DNA from: Octopus vulgaris
Lineage: Eukaryota
Reading direction: 5' to 3'
DNA length: 64,000 bases
NCBI GenBank assembly: GCA_951406725.2
Contig: OX597835.1
Span: 17,422,001 to 17,486,000, forward strand
Within the stretch, counting starts at the first letter, position 1. The number at the start of each line of letters is the position of its first letter. Below the pieces are notes generated by a model. The model saw nothing but the letters and a program-made list of their open reading frames with translations. It was not told the DNA's origin and did not search any database. The position numbers were made by a program, and so were the translations under genes. Of this stretch, positions 57,131 through 64,000 are shown one piece after another.

Positions 57131-57719
57131 TGTGTGTGTGTCTGTGTGCGCACGCGCGACCTGTGGGCTTAGATGTTTGAGTTTATCAGTCTAGTGTATG
57201 GCAAATACGCAACACGTCCGAACTGTGGTATTGATCAAGCGTTTGCCACCCGACAAGGGACAGAACTGGAGAATGTAATGTACAATCAAAATATATGAAA
57301 TATTGTCTTCCGGAATGTTCACTTCCTGTTTTACTTTGATATGACAGGAATTGATCAATCGTTACCCGCCGTTAATGAAACGCTTTGTCGACAGTTTTCA
57401 TGTTTTAGTGTCAATACATACATGCATACATACACAAATACATACATACATACTTGCATACAATCATACATCCATAACATTCATAATACATATATAAATA
57501 CATACATGCATACATGCATACATACATGCATACATACATATATATATACATACATGAAAATAGATTTGCATTCATACACCCACACACACACAATGATCTA
57601 TCCTTCTATACTAACATCTATAATACACATTTACACACACTTATATATACACATATATACACAGACATATATGTATATATAAATATATACATTCATGCAT
57701 ACATATACACCGAGATACA

Positions 57720-57753
<34 letters not shown>

Positions 57754-57891
57754 TAAAAAATAGAGTTAACGCAGGTGTAATCAAATATTTTTACTTTCGA
57801 CACATGTTTCGAAAATTCCACTGAGATTTTTGCTGCCCTGGTAACTATTTATTTTTTCCGTGTTAATTGTTAACAAGGTAAAAATACACTC

Positions 57892-57933
<42 letters not shown>

Positions 57934-59094
57934 GTACACGAAGTTATCTCTAGATAGAGAGGTTGGTAGATAGAAATAAGATGAGAGAGAAAGAGATACT
58001 CATCGCCAAGGACTTATGTAACGTTGGTTGTATTTGTATACAGCAGGACAGAAACGATATAATCTAATGGCCGACTATTCAACAAAAGCGTATCGCTGAG
58101 ACTCTGATGAAATATAAGCGATGATGTGATGAAATTATGGAGGACATATATATCAGTGGACAACATAGATTTGTCTATAATTATAGTTTACCTCTGCTGA
58201 ACATATGGTGTTCATAACTATGAAAGTTTATTGTTAGTAATGGAACTGCAAAATTTCCAATTCAGTAACTCCACTAAATCACCATTATCATAAACATCGA
58301 TACTAACTCGCAGAACTTAACGTCAGAGTATTAAAAAAATAATAATCCATATTATGTAACAGTTTGTCTCAATTTCTGACCAATCCTGTGCATCAACTAG
58401 TTTGATGATCATTAAATACCAGCGCTTGCAGAGAACTTGACCTCTGGGTACATGGTTTAGGTGGTTTTAATAGCCACGTAACTGACGCAATCGTTGATAT
58501 TATCTAACTAAGCTCCAAGATATCTTCTTCATAATATGTACAGATGTGCAGTCTAATATTTCATTGAGAAAATAACAATTTAATGCTCTGCTTCATACGT
58601 AGACACTTAAGTGAATAAGCATGTTCAGGTAACTGAATCGCAGCAACTTTATCAAGTTTATTGTTCAATGCAAATTTAGAATTTAACTATCATACAGGTT
58701 TGTACATGAATCACTTCTCAGCTCCAAGCTCGAACGGGCGTTCGTTTACATCCGCAGGTGTATCCGGCAAGAAGAAACACGTTTGTAGTATGGAAGAGCA
58801 ACACCTTAGCAACAGAAAGTGTTTATTCGACGGCAAGTATTGTCTTCGAATTTCGGAATAGGTTTCACATCGAAATTTGAATAAAGGCAAACATCGATGA
58901 GAGAGATCTGAGATATTATGGGGCCAAGAAAATGTTTCAATTTTTCTTTAGCGGTCATTTGTTTTATTCTCAGTGGTTAGAAACACACTACAAGTAATTT
59001 TTTGAATTTTGGTTGGAACGCACACGCATACACACACACTCACACATACAGAGAGAGGCAGGCACAAATATCTATGTGCATCTATCTATCTATC

Positions 59095-59150
<56 letters not shown>

Positions 59151-59152
<2 letters not shown>

Positions 59153-59355
59153 GTGACCCTGTGTGTACCGTGGCGATTTTTTTCCTCTGTCTTCCCTTCT
59201 CTGGATCTTTCCTTCTCCTATGTTTCCGACGAAGAGCTCCGCTCGAAACGTTTAACCCTCCTTCTTTCCTTCTTTCCTGAGCGTCCAATAATACTATATT
59301 TGTTCCACGTCCTCGCGTTGTTGTGTTTTCCCTTTTTCTGTTTTCATGTTTGGAT

Positions 59356-59360
<5 letters not shown>
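59151..59360 (+). mobile_element. Short (TA)n-flanked repeat carrying a hammerhead motif (same family as 7419-7617)
   Basis: Homologous along its length to the reverse complement of 7419-7617; (TA)n on both sides. Confidence 0.75.
59222..59256 (+). ncRNA. Minimal hammerhead motif, U4C core mutant
   Basis: GUUU CCGACGA-A-GAGC ucc GCUC GAAA C GUU UAAC; perfect 4-bp stem II. Confidence 0.5.
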
Positions 59361-59400
<40 letters not shown>

Positions 59401-59756
59401 ATGTGTGTGTGTGTGTGTCTGTGTGTCTGTGTGTCTGTGTGTGTATGAAAGAGTTTTGCAAAGTATTCTTGATGCAGTCGCAATTGTTGAAGAAATATTT
59501 AAAAAAAATAAAAATAAATTAAATGAATAGAGTTTAAGAAACTTATGGACACGAATCTTTTGGTTGTAGGTCTTTCTAATATGTGTGCGTGCTTTCGCTG
59601 TTTAGGTTTTCAAACACACGTGTTGTATATAACACGAATGTTAGAATTATCTTACGAACTTTTATTTTACTTTTATGAAAATACTTCTTCAAACACGTAC
59701 ACGCACGCACGCGAGCACTCACACATTCATACACACACATATACAAACTTATAAAC

Positions 59757-59790
<34 letters not shown>

Positions 59791-59815
59791 CAAGAGAAAT
59801 ATCTATCTATCTATC

Positions 59816-59847
<32 letters not shown>

Positions 59848-59947
59848 GTATCTACACACACATTCATATACTTACAAGCATAGACTCACATATACGCAAA
59901 CAAGAAGTGGGTCATTTTGCTTCTATATATATATGTATTTATGTATG

Positions 59948-60031
<84 letters not shown>

Positions 60032-60218
60032 AACGCACACAGATTTCTCTTTCACTTCTACTTTCTCTATCAACTGGCCTAATCGTTCAATCACACAACG
60101 ACTGGTTTGCAGGTTTCTTTGATTTAGTTTGCACTGTTGATAACATCAAACACATCTGGCTCTTCTGCTCGACAAAGCAACCGCTCTGTCAACTCGGAGC
60201 GATATGAACTTCGGAACA

Positions 60219-60352
60219 ACGAGTACATGTCATTGATGAAACTGCATTGAGAAACTCAATGTTGATCTGGGTGACCGGAAAGTAGATCAGGCATTCGATT
60301 ATTTAACCGGTTTGTTAGTTTATCAGTGACTAATAAAAACAACAACACCAGC

Positions 60353-60390
<38 letters not shown>

Positions 60391-60545
60391 GAAGAAGAAG
60401 AAGAAGAAGAAGAAAAGGAAGTTGTGGTGTTAGTGCACAGGTCTGATTTGTGTAAAAAAGATGACCCACCCACGACAAAGCAACATTCGTTTTATTAATT
60501 AACTTTCAAATCAGATGCGAAAAGAAAATGCTACAGCATATGTGC

Positions 60546-60579
<34 letters not shown>

Positions 60580-60659
60580 CTATGAAGAAATACACTGTTT
60601 GGTTCACTGTTTATCAAAACCATGTCTCTGAGTCTTTTTAGTGGAGGGTTGGGCCTCGA

Positions 60660-60730
<71 letters not shown>

Positions 60731-61006
60731 AAAAAGAAGTTTGAAAACGCCACTATATTAGATAAATTTTAATTTTCTTATGAATTTTACATGTTTCGGT
60801 TCTTGAAAAAACGAACCTTATCAAAAATATTATAAAAAGTGCAATAGAAAAGTTCATAATCGTTTCTTACTGTTCTCAATAGAATCCATGTGGTGGTGTT
60901 TTGTCGGTAGTTGGTATAATCGCTATATTACTGTTGAGTGTAGTGAAGAAGTCCATTATTGTTTCTTGCTGGTATCAAAAGGAACCGCTTTTTCTGTTAC
61001 CTTGTG

Positions 61007-61042
<36 letters not shown>

Positions 61043-61262
61043 CTTGGCAAAATGATCCACTTCGTGTTTATGTATATATGAGTGTATCTATGTTTGTAAG
61101 GTTATGTATGTATAAATATTGTTGTTATTAGTTACCTGATAAACTAATGTAAGCGTTAAATAATCAAATACTTGATCTATTTTCCGGTCACCCAGATACC
61201 CAGATCACCATTGATTTTCTCAAGGCCGTTTCAATAAATTATAAATGACACGAGATACTCGT
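60219..61262. repeat. Diverged inverted repeat, arms 60219-60345 and 61119-61262
   Basis: For example gatctgggtgaccggaaagtagatca versus tgatctattttccggtcacccagat; similarity extends over ~130 bp. Confidence 0.85.
60784..60828 (-). ncRNA. Minimal type I hammerhead motif with U3-A8 core variant
   Basis: Minus: AUUU UUGAUAA GGUUC guuuuuucaa GAACC GAAA CAU GUA AAAU. 5-bp stem II, 4-bp stem I, palindromic ACAUGU; lies in a ~280-bp segment bounded by (TA)n. Confidence 0.55.
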
Positions 61263-61435
61263 CCTGCCTTGGTTTTTGCTGTTCTTTTCCTCAGAGTAAC
61301 AGGTTTTGTTGAATTTTCTGCTGCTTTAAATAAAGCATATTACTCTACCACTGGTATTTGAGTACTCGTTTTTTCCACCTTGTTTCACATTTATGTGTTT
61401 ACTCCGATATATATATATATATACATATATATACC

Positions 61436-61651
61436 CTTTTCTTTCATATGTTTCAGTCATCTGAATGCGGCCGTGATGGAACAGCGCCTTTAATCGAAGA
61501 AATCGACCATAGGGCTTGTTCTCTGTAACCCTAGACTTATTCTATCGGTCACTTTGCCGAACCGCTATGTTTCGGGAATATAAACACACCAACATCTTCT
61601 GTCAAGCGATGGTGAGTGACAACACTGACGCACAAACACACACACACGCAC

Positions 61652-61707
<56 letters not shown>

Positions 61708-61893
61708 GCATATACACATCTGTGTACATACGACTGGCTTCTTTCAGTTTCCCTCTATCGAATTCACAGGCAAGGCTTTCGTTGGCCCAAGGCTGTAGTA
61801 GAAGACACTTGCCCAAGAGGCCACACAGTGGGATTTGAACCTGGAACCATGTGGTTGGGAAGGAAGCTTCTTGCCACAGTCACGCCTACGCCC
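61436..61893 (-). mobile_element. SINE family A with expanded internal (TA)n
   Basis: tgtttcagtcat...ctttgccgaaccgcta...gtagaagacacttgcccaag...ggaaccatgtggttg. Confidence 0.88.
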
Positions 61894-61900
61894 ATATTAT

Positions 61901-61983
<83 letters not shown>

Positions 61984-62018
61984 ATGTATGTATATATATA
62001 TACATGTATGTATGTATG

Positions 62019-62051
<33 letters not shown>

Positions 62052-62054
62052 ATG

Positions 62055-62142
<88 letters not shown>

Positions 62143-62613
62143 TACAAATATATATAGATGTATGCATACATTATGTACATTTATGCACAAATGTAAACAA
62201 AGTGTCACAGATAGGCGTAGACATAAATACACATGAATACACACTGAAGCACACTTTTACAAATGGACTAGAGGAGAAAAGTAAGGATTGGACTAGCAGA
62301 AAGCAAGTGGTGGTGATGAAGAGAAGCTATGACAACTGTCATTTATTGACTTAGCACTTTGAAATGCTCTGTTAGGTGTAGAGCTGATGATTTTTATTGT
62401 GTACAATAATAGGAGTGCCATCGTAATGGCTGTGCTTTCGCAGTAGTCATGACGTGCGAATTACTACCGAGAGAAAATGGCAAATAATTACAGAGAGCAA
62501 CAGATTACCTGTCAATGTAACGTTTACTGGCGTAGGCCCATATGCACACATTTAACGATACGTACATACAAACATATATATATGTGTGTGTGTGTGTGTG
62601 TAAATACACACAT

Positions 62614-62644
<31 letters not shown>

Positions 62645-62954
62645 CATATATCCATATATATATACATTTACACACATATACACACACATATATATATATA
62701 CGCATATATATATATATAATATATATACGCATATACATATATATATATATAATATATATATATACGCATATACATATATATATATATATATTATATATAC
62801 GCATATTCATATATATATATATAATATATATATACGCATATACATATATATATATATATATATATAATATATATACGCATATGCATATATATATAATATA
62901 TATATACGCATATACATATATATATAATATATATATACGCATATACATATATAT

Positions 62955-63011
<57 letters not shown>

Positions 63012-63647
63012 TTAGATGCGCATAAAATACTTTCATTCTTCTGCAAATTGTTACATTCACCAGAGTCCAACCACGTGTGTGTGCACATGCATCAAGTACA
63101 AATATACATAATCACACACACACACAGACACATACATATATATGTGTGTGTGTGTATGTGTGTTCGTGTGTATGTGTGTGTGTGGACGTGCGTGTGAAGA
63201 ATACAATAACACGTGGATAGGATGATATCAGGCTCGTTTCTGCATTCCACACCAGCTTTAATTCGCTGAGATCATACCATATTCTAAACATCATTCTTTA
63301 TAATTACTATATAGTGGAACATTTTTGAACAGCCGTGCGTGTGCAGCTCATCACTTTGAGTAAACACACACACACACTAAGATGAAACAGGGACAACTGA
63401 AGGGGAATATCCCTTGTGTTGTATGTCTTGTTTCTTTGTTTTTTTCGTTGTTTGAAAAAAGTTCGTTTCTATGTTATTGTTTTTTAAGTTTCATTTGCCA
63501 TTGTGTTCCACGGTTTTTTTAATGTCCTGTACCCATATATGCATGCATATATACATATATGAAGGTATGTACATATATGTATGTATATATGCATAATGTA
63601 TATATTTATATATTATTCCAAGTAAGTTTTATCTATCTCTCTATCTA

Positions 63648-64000
<353 letters not shown>

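Noticed and set aside
57751-57895. (TA)n-flanked segment with CGAAACAUGUGUC on the minus strand
   Set aside because: Only the 3' half of a hammerhead is visible; the CUGANGA box and stem II are missing.
58661-58861. 66-aa ORF / possible small exon in unique DNA
   Set aside because: No recognisable domain and only a weak GC donor.

Overview
AT-rich eukaryotic non-coding DNA (intergenic or deep intronic), saturated with microsatellites ((TA)n, (CA)n, (TACA)n, (TAA)n, (GAT)n, (GATA)n) and short interspersed repeats. The tRNA-derived SINE families resemble, from memory and not a database search, those of octopus genomes, so an octopod cephalopod origin is likely. I found no host protein-coding exon I can support; almost all ORFs in the track are microsatellite translations. 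Identifiable coding remnants are all mobile-element derived: an R4/Dong-like non-LTR fragment next to (TAA)n, a 5'-truncated RTE-type 3' end with a 9-bp TSD, a decayed Tc1 DD34E transposase and a mariner C-terminus with TIR. Several MITEs and SINE-derived tandem arrays are also present. The most interesting signal is a set of at least five type I hammerhead-ribozyme motifs plus one decayed copy. Each has a palindromic helix III and lies in a short (~150-350 bp) non-coding element embedded in or beside (TA)n tracts, which suggests several families of Penelope-like/retrozyme-type microsatellite-associated elements. One carries a U3-A8 compensatory core. SINE family letters A-D are my own labels. 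All coordinates were read by eye and may be off by a few bases.
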